From Flavobacterium sp. (GTDB lineage Bacteria; Bacteroidota; Bacteroidia; Flavobacteriales; Flavobacteriaceae): a stretch of 64,000 nucleotides of DNA. The notes below the pieces were generated by a model. It did not search any database. It was not told the origin of the DNA and was given only the letters and a program-made list of their open reading frames with translations. Position 1 is the stretch's first letter. Each line of letters opens with the position of its first letter. Shown in pieces: positions 39,225 to 47,273 of this stretch. Where the stretch lies: the NCBI RefSeq assembly GCF_027531705.1, contig NZ_JAPZSP010000019.1, positions 1,827 to 65,826 on the forward strand. Reading direction: 5' to 3'. Both the position numbers and the translations under genes were made by a program.

Positions 39225-40154
39225 ATGATAGCAAGTGTTTTTAGAAAATCTACACCAATTAATTACTTATTTGTTCTTTTAGCAACGCTTTTTTTCTATT
39301 TTTTCTATGTAATGAATCATGGAACTGCAGAAATGACGATGATAGAAATGACAAAAAAAGGAGCTGGAATTGTTATGCTTTTGGCTTCATTATTTGTTGT
39401 AAATTTTATCATCAAAAAAAACGGACTTTGCAAAGACAGTACTTACACGGTTTTTTTCTATTTATTTCTAGTCTTGTTTTTTCCAACGGTTTTAGAAAAT
39501 TTAAGATTGTTCGTGGCCAACTTTTTTGTTCTTTTAGGTTTACGAAGACTAATCTCGCTTCAATCGTTAAAAGCCCCAAAAGAAAAGATATTTGATGCTT
39601 CTTTATGGATATTTCTAGCGGCAATTTTTCATTATTGGTGCATTTTGTTCATTATATTGGTTTTTGTATCTATAATTTTTCACGTTTCAAGCGATTATAG
39701 AAATTGGATTTTACCTTTTATTGCCTTTTTAACGGTGGCAATTCTATTTATAGTCAGCGCCTTAATTTTTGATAAAAACTGGATAGACTTATTCCTTCAA
39801 AATGCCACGATTGACATGAGAATAGACTATTTCCAATCGGTTTATGAAAACATTTCACTTTCATTATATGCAACAGTGGCATTATTTTTTGTCGTTTCTT
39901 TTTTCTCAACATTATCTAATAGACCAATGATTTTGCAGGCTTCGTACAAAAAAGTAATTATGTGGTTTGTTTTAGGAATTGTAATTTATGTATTGTCACC
40001 GCAAAAAAGCAATGATGTATTAATCTTTACTTTTGCTCCATTAGCTATGATGGCCACTTTTCATATTGAAACAGCACAAATAAAGTGGCAAAAAGAAGTT
40101 GTAGTCTATTTTTTGGTTGGATTAAGTTTATTTAGCTATTTTTCACAGTTATAA
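39225..40154 (+). CDS. Conserved polytopic membrane protein (DUF6427-like)
   Basis: About 10 TM helices; KEKIFDAS motif. Confidence 0.65.
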   Translation: MIASVFRKSTPINYLFVLLATLFFYFFYVMNHGTAEMTMIEMTKKGAGIVMLLASLFVVNFIIKKNGLCKDSTYTVFFYLFLVLFFPTVLENLRLFVANFFVLLGLRRLISLQSLKAPKEKIFDASLWIFLAAIFHYWCILFIILVFVSIIFHVSSDYRNWILPFIAFLTVAILFIVSALIFDKNWIDLFLQNATIDMRIDYFQSVYENISLSLYATVALFFVVSFFSTLSNRPMILQASYKKVIMWFVLGIVIYVLSPQKSNDVLIFTFAPLAMMATFHIETAQIKWQKEVVVYFLVGLSLFSYFSQL

Positions 40155-40802
40155 TTTACTTCCGTAAGCTAAATCGCCAGCATCGCCCAAACCAGGAACG
40201 ATATAGTTTTTCTCATTCAATTTTTCATCAAGGGCAGCAACCCAAAGATGGCAATTTTCAGGAAGATTTTCCTCAAGATAAGCAATTCCTTCTGGAGCTG
40301 CAATTACAACAGCAAGATGAATTTCTTTAGGTTTTTGTTCCAAATGCAATTTGTTTAAAACAGCCACAATCGATTGACCAGTTGCTAGCATTGGATCAAT
40401 TAAAATCAGATTTTTATTCTCAAATGATGGCGCTGCTTGGTATTCGACCAAAATTTCAAAAGCATCATCATTATTAGGATGATGACGATATGCAGAAACA
40501 AAACCATTTTCGGCATTGTCAAAAATATTCATAAACCCTTGATGCAAAGCTAATCCGGCACGAAGAATTGAGCATAAAACTACATTGTCAGCAATAGTCG
40601 TTGTGTGTTTAATTCCAAGTGGCGTTTGCACGTCAATGCTTTTGTATTCTAATGTTTTGCTCAGTTCATAAGCCATAATTTCACCTATTCGCTCTATGTT
40701 TTTTCTAAAACGCATGCTGTCTTTTTGAATGGAAACATCTCGAATTTGAGCCAAAAAATGATTAAGAATACTGTTATTTTCTGAAATATAGTGAATATGC
40801 AT
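40149..40802 (-). CDS. upp: Uracil phosphoribosyltransferase
   Basis: ILRAG, LIDPMLATG, YIVPGLGDAGD. Confidence 0.97.
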   Translation of the reverse strand: MHIHYISENNSILNHFLAQIRDVSIQKDSMRFRKNIERIGEIMAYELSKTLEYKSIDVQTPLGIKHTTTIADNVVLCSILRAGLALHQGFMNIFDNAENGFVSAYRHHPNNDDAFEILVEYQAAPSFENKNLILIDPMLATGQSIVAVLNKLHLEQKPKEIHLAVVIAAPEGIAYLEENLPENCHLWVAALDEKLNEKNYIVPGLGDAGDLAYGSKL

Positions 40803-40809
40803 AATTTTT

Positions 40810-40844
40810 GTTTCAAGTTTAAGGTTTCAAGTTTCAAGTTTAAA
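40810..40844. repeat. Heptamer array x5
   Basis: GTTTCAA GTTTAAG GTTTCAA GTTTCAA GTTTAAA between the divergent upp and DUF4254 genes. Confidence 0.9.
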
Positions 40845-40881
40845 AGTATAAAAACTATCTTTGTAAAAAAAATATATCGTT

Positions 40882-41487
40882 ATGTTTTCAAAATTTGCCT
40901 ATTCTATATTTGAACAAAGTATCAAAGATTATCACGTTTATGATAGTGTTGATCAACCTATTAACAATCCATTTCCAAAAGATAAAATTGAACATTTATT
41001 ATATTTTAAAAATTGGATTGACACGGTTCAATGGCATTATGAAGATATAATTCGTGATCCAAATATCGATCCTGTTGCTGCTTTGGTTTTGAAAAGAAAA
41101 ATTGATGCTTCTAATCAAGAACGTACCGATATGGTTGAGTTTATTGATAGCTATTTTCTTCAAAAATATGGAAATGTAGTTGTAAAACCAACAGCAAAAA
41201 TCAATTCTGAATCACCTGCTTGGACCATTGATAGATTGTCAATTTTGGCATTAAAAATTTATCACATGAATGAAGAAGTAATTCGACCTGAAGCTTCTCA
41301 AGAACATAGAGATAAATGTCAAGAAAAACTAAATGTGCTTTTAGAACAAAGAAGCGATTTGTCAACTGCAATTGATGATTTATTGACAGACATTGAAAAC
41401 GGAGATAAATTTATGAAAGTGTACAAACAAATGAAGATGTACAACGACGACGATTTGAATCCTGTTTTATATCAAAACAAGAAATAA
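40882..41487 (+). CDS. DUF4254-family all-helical protein
   Basis: QWHYED..R, KR.ID.SNQ.R.D.VE.ID, SESPAW.IDRLSIL.LK.YH; -7 box TATCTTTG at 40856-40863. Confidence 0.8.
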   Translation: MFSKFAYSIFEQSIKDYHVYDSVDQPINNPFPKDKIEHLLYFKNWIDTVQWHYEDIIRDPNIDPVAALVLKRKIDASNQERTDMVEFIDSYFLQKYGNVVVKPTAKINSESPAWTIDRLSILALKIYHMNEEVIRPEASQEHRDKCQEKLNVLLEQRSDLSTAIDDLLTDIENGDKFMKVYKQMKMYNDDDLNPVLYQNKK

Positions 41488-41500
41488 CATCCGACATACA

Positions 41501-42535
41501 TTGTCAAAACCAATCCAACATATAGCCGTCATTCGACTGTCAGCCATGGGCGACGTTGCAATGACGGTTCCTGTAATAAGAGCTTTTGTTGAGCAAAACC
41601 CGCAAGTAAAAATCACGTTTGTTTCAAGACCTTTTTTCAAACCATTTTTTGATGGAATTGAGAATGTGAATTTTTTTGAAATAGATTTAAAAAAAAGACA
41701 CAAAGGTTTTTTCGGATTATTCAAATTATATTCTGATTTAAGTAAACTTAAAATTGATGCTGTTGCCGATTTGCACAATGTTTTACGTTCTAAAGTTGTT
41801 AGAACATTATTTGCATTAAGCGGAAAAAAAGTTGCTCATACAGATAAAGGAAGAAAAGAAAAAAAAGAATTAACACATGCCGAAAACAAAATTTTCAAAC
41901 CTTTAAAATCGATGTTTGAAAGACATATTAAAACGTTCAAACAACTAGGTTTTTCGGTTGATATAAATACTCCTAATTTTCCTGAGAAAGCTATTTTGTC
42001 TGATGAAATTTTGTCAATATCTGGCAAAAAAGAGAATTTCAAATGGATTGGAATTGCGCCTTTTGCACAATATGAAAGCAAAGTTTATCCACAAGATTTA
42101 ATGCAAAAAGTAATAGATGAATTAGCATTAGACATCAACAATAAAATTTTTCTTTTTGGTGGTGGAAAAAAAGAAATAGCGAAACTAAATTCTTTTTCGA
42201 ATAATAGAAGTAATGTTATAGTTGTTGCTGGAAAATTAAGACTTAAAGAAGAATTACACTTTATTTCTAATTTAGATACGATGCTTTCTATGGATAGTGG
42301 AAACGCTCATATAGCAGCTATGTTGGGCGTAAAAGTAATTACACTTTGGGGTGCAACACATCCTTTTGCTGGGTTTACGCCATTCAATCAACCAATAAAT
42401 AATTGTTTGGTATCTGATAGAGAGAAGTATCCGCTATTACCAACGTCAATTTATGGAAATAAAAAAGTGGCAGGTTACGAAAATGTGATGCGAACGATAA
42501 CACCTGAAGACATATTAAGTATAATTTTAAAATAA
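41501..42535 (+). CDS. GT9 (heptosyltransferase-like) glycosyltransferase
   Basis: RLSAMGDV, DLHNVLRS, DSGNAHIA, LWGAT. Confidence 0.9.
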   Translation: MSKPIQHIAVIRLSAMGDVAMTVPVIRAFVEQNPQVKITFVSRPFFKPFFDGIENVNFFEIDLKKRHKGFFGLFKLYSDLSKLKIDAVADLHNVLRSKVVRTLFALSGKKVAHTDKGRKEKKELTHAENKIFKPLKSMFERHIKTFKQLGFSVDINTPNFPEKAILSDEILSISGKKENFKWIGIAPFAQYESKVYPQDLMQKVIDELALDINNKIFLFGGGKKEIAKLNSFSNNRSNVIVVAGKLRLKEELHFISNLDTMLSMDSGNAHIAAMLGVKVITLWGATHPFAGFTPFNQPINNCLVSDREKYPLLPTSIYGNKKVAGYENVMRTITPEDILSIILK

Positions 42536-42568
42536 AAAAGGAGCAATTTTAATTGCTCCTTTTTTATT
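42531..42568. terminator. Bidirectional intrinsic terminator
   Basis: AATAAAAAAGGAGCAAT / ATTGCTCCTTTTTTATT inverted repeat between convergent genes. Confidence 0.85.
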
Positions 42569-42584
42569 AATTTAAGTTATCTAG

Positions 42585-44234
42585 TTAGTCTTTTTTAAAC
42601 TTGTTAGCGTATTTAGCATTTTTTTCAGCAGTTACTTTTTCTATATATGCTTTCATAACCATAGGATCTGTAGTTATAACAGCTCCTTCTTTTGCATTCA
42701 CTAGATTATTTTCAAAAGGCATATTGGCATCTACACCAAAACGGTGATTTTGATAAAAACGTCTTTTAGCCATAATACTGTATGAAAATGTACCATTTGA
42801 ACTTCCATTTCTTTTTTCTTTTACAGTAAATCCCTTATAATCGGCATCAACAATAAAATAAAGCCCTTGTGTTTCTGCTTGCTCTTGTAAAACAACATGC
42901 ATTTTATGTTGCTCATCAATTTTTACAGTTTCTAGAAATAATTCATCTAAACTAATGTGAGCCGAACCGTTTCTTAATTCTCCTGAACCAAAATCTTCAA
43001 ACCATAATTCTGGGCTTTCTTTGCAAAACACTAATTGATTTCCTTTACTAGTAGGAACTGAAGCAGCCTTAACTACAGCTATTCCCGCACCATTTGTTGA
43101 AGTACCAGTTACTGCAAAGTTTCCTTCACAATACATTCCGTAAGCAGTGCCAGGAGTTAAGTTTGAATTATAACCATAAACACCTTTACCTGATGAAAAC
43201 CCTACGTTTCCATATACACCATAGTCTCTATTTGGAAGAAAATCAACATAATCTGCCAATGGGGTGTTGTATAAATCATTTGTACCACCTGAATTCCAAG
43301 CTCTACCGAATACACCAGCTCCAAATGATTGTGTTTGTCCTAAAATACCAATACCACTTACACCACCAGAATTAAAGCAATAACCGCTTAAACCGTAAGA
43401 TCCAAAAGAGGTACTTTGAGCCGAACCAACAAGTCCAAATGAAAATGTATTTGCTGTTGTATTTGTATTCACAGCTCTTACAGTTGGTTGTGTAGTTGAG
43501 TTTCCGTTAATTTGAAGCTGTGATAATGTTGGGCCAGAGTTAATTCTGACGTTTCCATCAGATTGAACCCTCATTCTTTCAATATTATTTGTTCTAATTA
43601 CCAAATCTTGAGCATCTGTTGTACCCAAGAAATTAGTTGCAGGTGTCGTTCCTGAATTACCAAAAGTATCCCAATCAACTGTAAAAACACTTCCAGCTGA
43701 TGCCCAAGAGACTGCTCCATTTGCATCTGAAACCATAAGTTTTCCTGCTCCTTCGGTTCCATCTTGAATACGTAATACGCCAGCAGTTGCACTAAAAAGA
43801 TGCAATTTTGTTGACGGAGCTGTTGTTCCTAAACCAATATTTCCTGCGTCTAAAATTCGCAATCTTTCAAGATTATTCGTTCTAAATATAAATGGTTGTA
43901 AATCATTTGTGCCTATATCTCTTGATATAGGATTACCAGTGGTTTTCCCAAATAATGGCCAACCAGTTGTTATACTGCTCATTGGTAACCAACTTCCTTG
44001 ACGATAGTAAAAACCAGGAACACCATCTGTTTGATAAATAAGCAGACCATTTGCAGGAGCTATTATTGCACCTCTTTGAGTATTTGTCATTCTAGGAACA
44101 AGCACTCCTTTAGTTGTTGAGGCAACTTCTAGTTCCGCACTTGGGTCAGGCGATGCAACACCTATTCCAACCTGAGCATTTGTAACAGAGATTGCAAAAA
44201 AGAAAATTAAAAACAAGTAAGATAAATTTTTCAT
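42585..44234 (-). CDS. Secreted tail-fibre/adhesin-like beta-repeat protein with putative C-terminal chaperone domain
   Basis: Signal peptide, VGIG..SP, LVPRMT..QR, GIGT.AP and RTNN.ERMR modules; C-terminal ESPELWFEDFG...AKRR. Confidence 0.65.
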   Translation of the reverse strand: MKNLSYLFLIFFFAISVTNAQVGIGVASPDPSAELEVASTTKGVLVPRMTNTQRGAIIAPANGLLIYQTDGVPGFYYRQGSWLPMSSITTGWPLFGKTTGNPISRDIGTNDLQPFIFRTNNLERLRILDAGNIGLGTTAPSTKLHLFSATAGVLRIQDGTEGAGKLMVSDANGAVSWASAGSVFTVDWDTFGNSGTTPATNFLGTTDAQDLVIRTNNIERMRVQSDGNVRINSGPTLSQLQINGNSTTQPTVRAVNTNTTANTFSFGLVGSAQSTSFGSYGLSGYCFNSGGVSGIGILGQTQSFGAGVFGRAWNSGGTNDLYNTPLADYVDFLPNRDYGVYGNVGFSSGKGVYGYNSNLTPGTAYGMYCEGNFAVTGTSTNGAGIAVVKAASVPTSKGNQLVFCKESPELWFEDFGSGELRNGSAHISLDELFLETVKIDEQHKMHVVLQEQAETQGLYFIVDADYKGFTVKEKRNGSSNGTFSYSIMAKRRFYQNHRFGVDANMPFENNLVNAKEGAVITTDPMVMKAYIEKVTAEKNAKYANKFKKD

Positions 44235-44263
44235 ACCGAAGTTTTAAAAATTAAAAGTATAAA

Positions 44264-45853
44264 TTATTTTTGCTTGTTATTTTCTGCTGCTGTAGTTCTT
44301 GAAGCAGTATATTCGTCAACAAAACGTTTCATTTCTTGAGGGTCTGTTGTAGTAGCTGGCACATCTTTATGTTTAACCAAATTGTTTTCAAATGGTTGAT
44401 TTGCATCTACTCCAAAACGTTGGTTTTGATAGAAACGTCTTTTTGCCAAAACTCTATATGAAAAAGAGTTGTTAGAATGTCCATTGTTTTTTTCTTTTAC
44501 AGTAAATCCTTTATTGTCAGCATCTATAGTTACATATAAACCATTGCTATCTCCTTCTTCTTGAAGGAAAATGTGCATTTTGTGTGTATTGTCAATATAT
44601 ACTGTCTCTTGAAACATATCATCTAGTTTTATATGCACAGAACCATTTTGTAATTCGCCAAAACCTAAATCCTCAAACCATAATTCAGGACTTTCTGTAC
44701 AATAAACCAATTGATTTCCTTTAGATGTTGGTACAGAAGCCGATTTTGTTCCAGTTACTGCAAAATTTCCATTACAATACATTCCGTATGCAGAAGCACT
44801 TACAGATGTGTTTTTACCGTATACACCAGTTCCAGTTGCAGAGTTTCCTACAGTACCAAAAACACCATGATCTATACTTGATGTCATATCAGAAAACGCC
44901 CCTAATGGTCCTTTACCAAATACACCAGCACCCCAAAGACCATAATCTCCAAGAACTCCAATTTCATTTTGCCCTCCAGAGTTTGAAATACCTACAGCTC
45001 CTGCAGAACCAATAGATGTTGAACTAGCTTGTCCTAAAATACCAAAAGAAACAGTTGCAGCAGCAGTATTAGTATTTATTGCTCTAATAATACCTTGACC
45101 AACTAAATTTTCAGACACATCAAGTTTTGCAGTTGGTGCAGCAACACCAATACCTACATTTCCATTGCTTAAAACATTTATTCTAGCCAAGTTATTACTA
45201 CGAATAATAAAATTTTGAGCATCTGTTGTTCCAACAAAATTTGTTGTTGGATTAGTACCCGCGTTTCCAAATCTTGACCAACCTGTACTTGGGGCAACAG
45301 GAGCAACTGCCCATGTTGCAACACCATTTGCATCAGAAGTTAATATTCTTCCGGCAGCTTGCGTTCCATCTTGAATACGTAATGCACCTGCTGTTGTACT
45401 AAATAAATGTAACCTGTTAGTAGGTGTAGCTGTCCCAATACCAATAAAACCTTCAGTTGCTGGAACACTATTTCCTAATATTCTCATACGTTCCACTGAA
45501 TTAGTTCTAAATATTAATGGTTGACCGTCAGTAGTACCTAGAAACATTGTTGCTGGCGTTGTTGATGAATTACCTCCTAACAACCAAGCGGCTTGAGAAT
45601 TTTGTTGCCAAGTAGTACCATCATAAAAATAAAAACCTACAGGAGCAGTTGTTTGATATATCAACAGTCCAGTAGCAGGAGTTAAAATGGCATTTCGTTG
45701 CGCTAATGTCATACGAGGAGCTAACAAACCTTTTGTAGTTGAGGTAATATCTAGTTCAGCAGAGGCATTAGGAGTTGTTGTACCAATTCCAATCTGTGCA
45801 AAACTTACAACAGGGATTGTGAATAAAAATGCAATTAGTAATTTCAATTTCAT
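44264..45853 (-). CDS. Paralogous tail-fibre/adhesin-like protein
   Basis: Likely start MKLKLLIAF at 45853; same modules and C-terminal ESPELWFEDLG domain. Confidence 0.65.
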   Translation of the reverse strand: MKLKLLIAFLFTIPVVSFAQIGIGTTTPNASAELDITSTTKGLLAPRMTLAQRNAILTPATGLLIYQTTAPVGFYFYDGTTWQQNSQAAWLLGGNSSTTPATMFLGTTDGQPLIFRTNSVERMRILGNSVPATEGFIGIGTATPTNRLHLFSTTAGALRIQDGTQAAGRILTSDANGVATWAVAPVAPSTGWSRFGNAGTNPTTNFVGTTDAQNFIIRSNNLARINVLSNGNVGIGVAAPTAKLDVSENLVGQGIIRAINTNTAAATVSFGILGQASSTSIGSAGAVGISNSGGQNEIGVLGDYGLWGAGVFGKGPLGAFSDMTSSIDHGVFGTVGNSATGTGVYGKNTSVSASAYGMYCNGNFAVTGTKSASVPTSKGNQLVYCTESPELWFEDLGFGELQNGSVHIKLDDMFQETVYIDNTHKMHIFLQEEGDSNGLYVTIDADNKGFTVKEKNNGHSNNSFSYRVLAKRRFYQNQRFGVDANQPFENNLVKHKDVPATTTDPQEMKRFVDEYTASRTTAAENNKQK

Positions 45854-46024
45854 AATTGTATAGTTTAATGATTTTTTGCTTAAAATTTCCGTAAAGTTAT
45901 TGTTAACCAGCAAAGAAAAGAGATTATTCCTAAAAAACAAAATTTTTTTAGATTTGTACTAAAATTTATAAGTTAATTCTTTCTTTGTTGTTTTTTTGAG
46001 AAAATTTTCTCTAGTAATTAAAAA

Positions 46025-47077
46025 TTAAATATCATCAAAATCAATATAAATTTCACTAGATTTTGGGTGAGCTTGGCAAGTTAATGTTAAACCACTTTCA
46101 ACTTCAGAATCGGTCAAAATTGAATTTTTACGCATTTCGGCACTTCCAGAGTTTATTTTTGCCAAACAACTACTGCATATTCCACCTTGGCAAGAATAAG
46201 GAACATCCAAACCTTGTTTTAAAGCTGCTTCAAGAATGGTTTGTTTTTGAGACATTTCAAAAGTGGTTTCGTCACCATCAACTAAAATGGTAATTTTCGT
46301 ATGTCCTTCACCACTAGTTGCTTCTGCATTTTCAGTTGATGAAGTGGTAAATAATTCAAACTTAATGTTCTTGTCAGCTACATTGTGTTCTTTTAAAATA
46401 GAAGAAACCAAATTTATCATTTCTTCTGGACCACATAAATAGAATTTATCAAAAGTGATTTCTTTGTGTTTGGTGTTCAAAACAAAATTCACATTAGCTT
46501 TATCAATTCTTCCAAAAAGTTCATTTTCAGCTTTGGCTTGACTATAAACATAATGAACAAAGAAACGACCTACATATTTAAGTTGTAAATCATGTAATTG
46601 CGCATGAAAAATGGTATCTTGAGGCGTTTTGTTTCCATAAACCAATACAAAAGTGCTATTAGATTCTTCTTCTAAAACCGATTGAAGAATGGATAAAACA
46701 GGTGTAATTCCGCTTCCAGCAACAAAACCTATGTAATTTTTTTGTTTTTCTGCATTTGGTTCAAAAATAAATCTTCCTTCAGGATGACTTACTTCAATAA
46801 TGTCTCCAGCTTTTAAATTTTCGTTTGCAAATTTTGAAAAAAGACCATTTGTTACTGACTTAATTGCTATTCGTAATTCACCACTTTGAGGCGAAGAGCA
46901 AATAGAATAAGCACGACGAATTTCTTTTCCGTCAAGTGTCAATTTTAAATTAACATATTGACCAGCAATAAATTGAAAAACAGATTTCAATTCACTTGGT
47001 ATATTAAAAACAATCGAAACTGCACTTGGCGTTTCTCTTTTTACTTCTTTGATTTGTAATTTATAAAAACTTGACAT
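46025..47077 (-). CDS. FAD/NAD-binding oxidoreductase with C-terminal 2Fe-2S ferredoxin (PaaE-like)
   Basis: RRAYSI, AGSGITP, YLCGP, PYSCQGGICSSC...LTCQ. Start at 47077 after the minus-strand TACTTTTG at 47094-47101. Confidence 0.9.
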   Translation of the reverse strand: MSSFYKLQIKEVKRETPSAVSIVFNIPSELKSVFQFIAGQYVNLKLTLDGKEIRRAYSICSSPQSGELRIAIKSVTNGLFSKFANENLKAGDIIEVSHPEGRFIFEPNAEKQKNYIGFVAGSGITPVLSILQSVLEEESNSTFVLVYGNKTPQDTIFHAQLHDLQLKYVGRFFVHYVYSQAKAENELFGRIDKANVNFVLNTKHKEITFDKFYLCGPEEMINLVSSILKEHNVADKNIKFELFTTSSTENAEATSGEGHTKITILVDGDETTFEMSQKQTILEAALKQGLDVPYSCQGGICSSCLAKINSGSAEMRKNSILTDSEVESGLTLTCQAHPKSSEIYIDFDDI

Positions 47078-47273
47078 AAACAATAAATTTTTGCAAAAGT
47101 ATGAAAATGACTTAAGACAAGCTTTACTATTTTTTCTAAATTTTGTTGGCAAACAATCTAACTATCGTAAAAAACTTATTTTAAACTTTTGCAATATCAA
47201 AAAGAAACGTACTTTTACCAGTCGATATACTAAAATTGACTTTTTAAAGTTAATTATTAAAAAACAATTTACA

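Noticed and set aside
35696-45853. Cryptic prophage suggested by ORF6N plus fibre-like genes
   Set aside because: They are separated by purD, upp and LPS genes; there are no capsid, terminase or integrase genes; and the fibres have bacterial signal peptides.
46025-47077. Phenylacetate catabolic (paa) pathway from the PaaE-like and PaaK-like genes
   Set aside because: The genes are about 8.5 kb apart in unrelated contexts and no paaABCD is present; both families have other roles.
47091-47273. Long N-terminal extensions given by the ORF track (sprE, purD, PaaE-like, 44264-45940, 56918)
   Set aside because: Downstream starts fit signal peptides or lipoboxes and, in most cases, TAnnTTTG promoter positions better.
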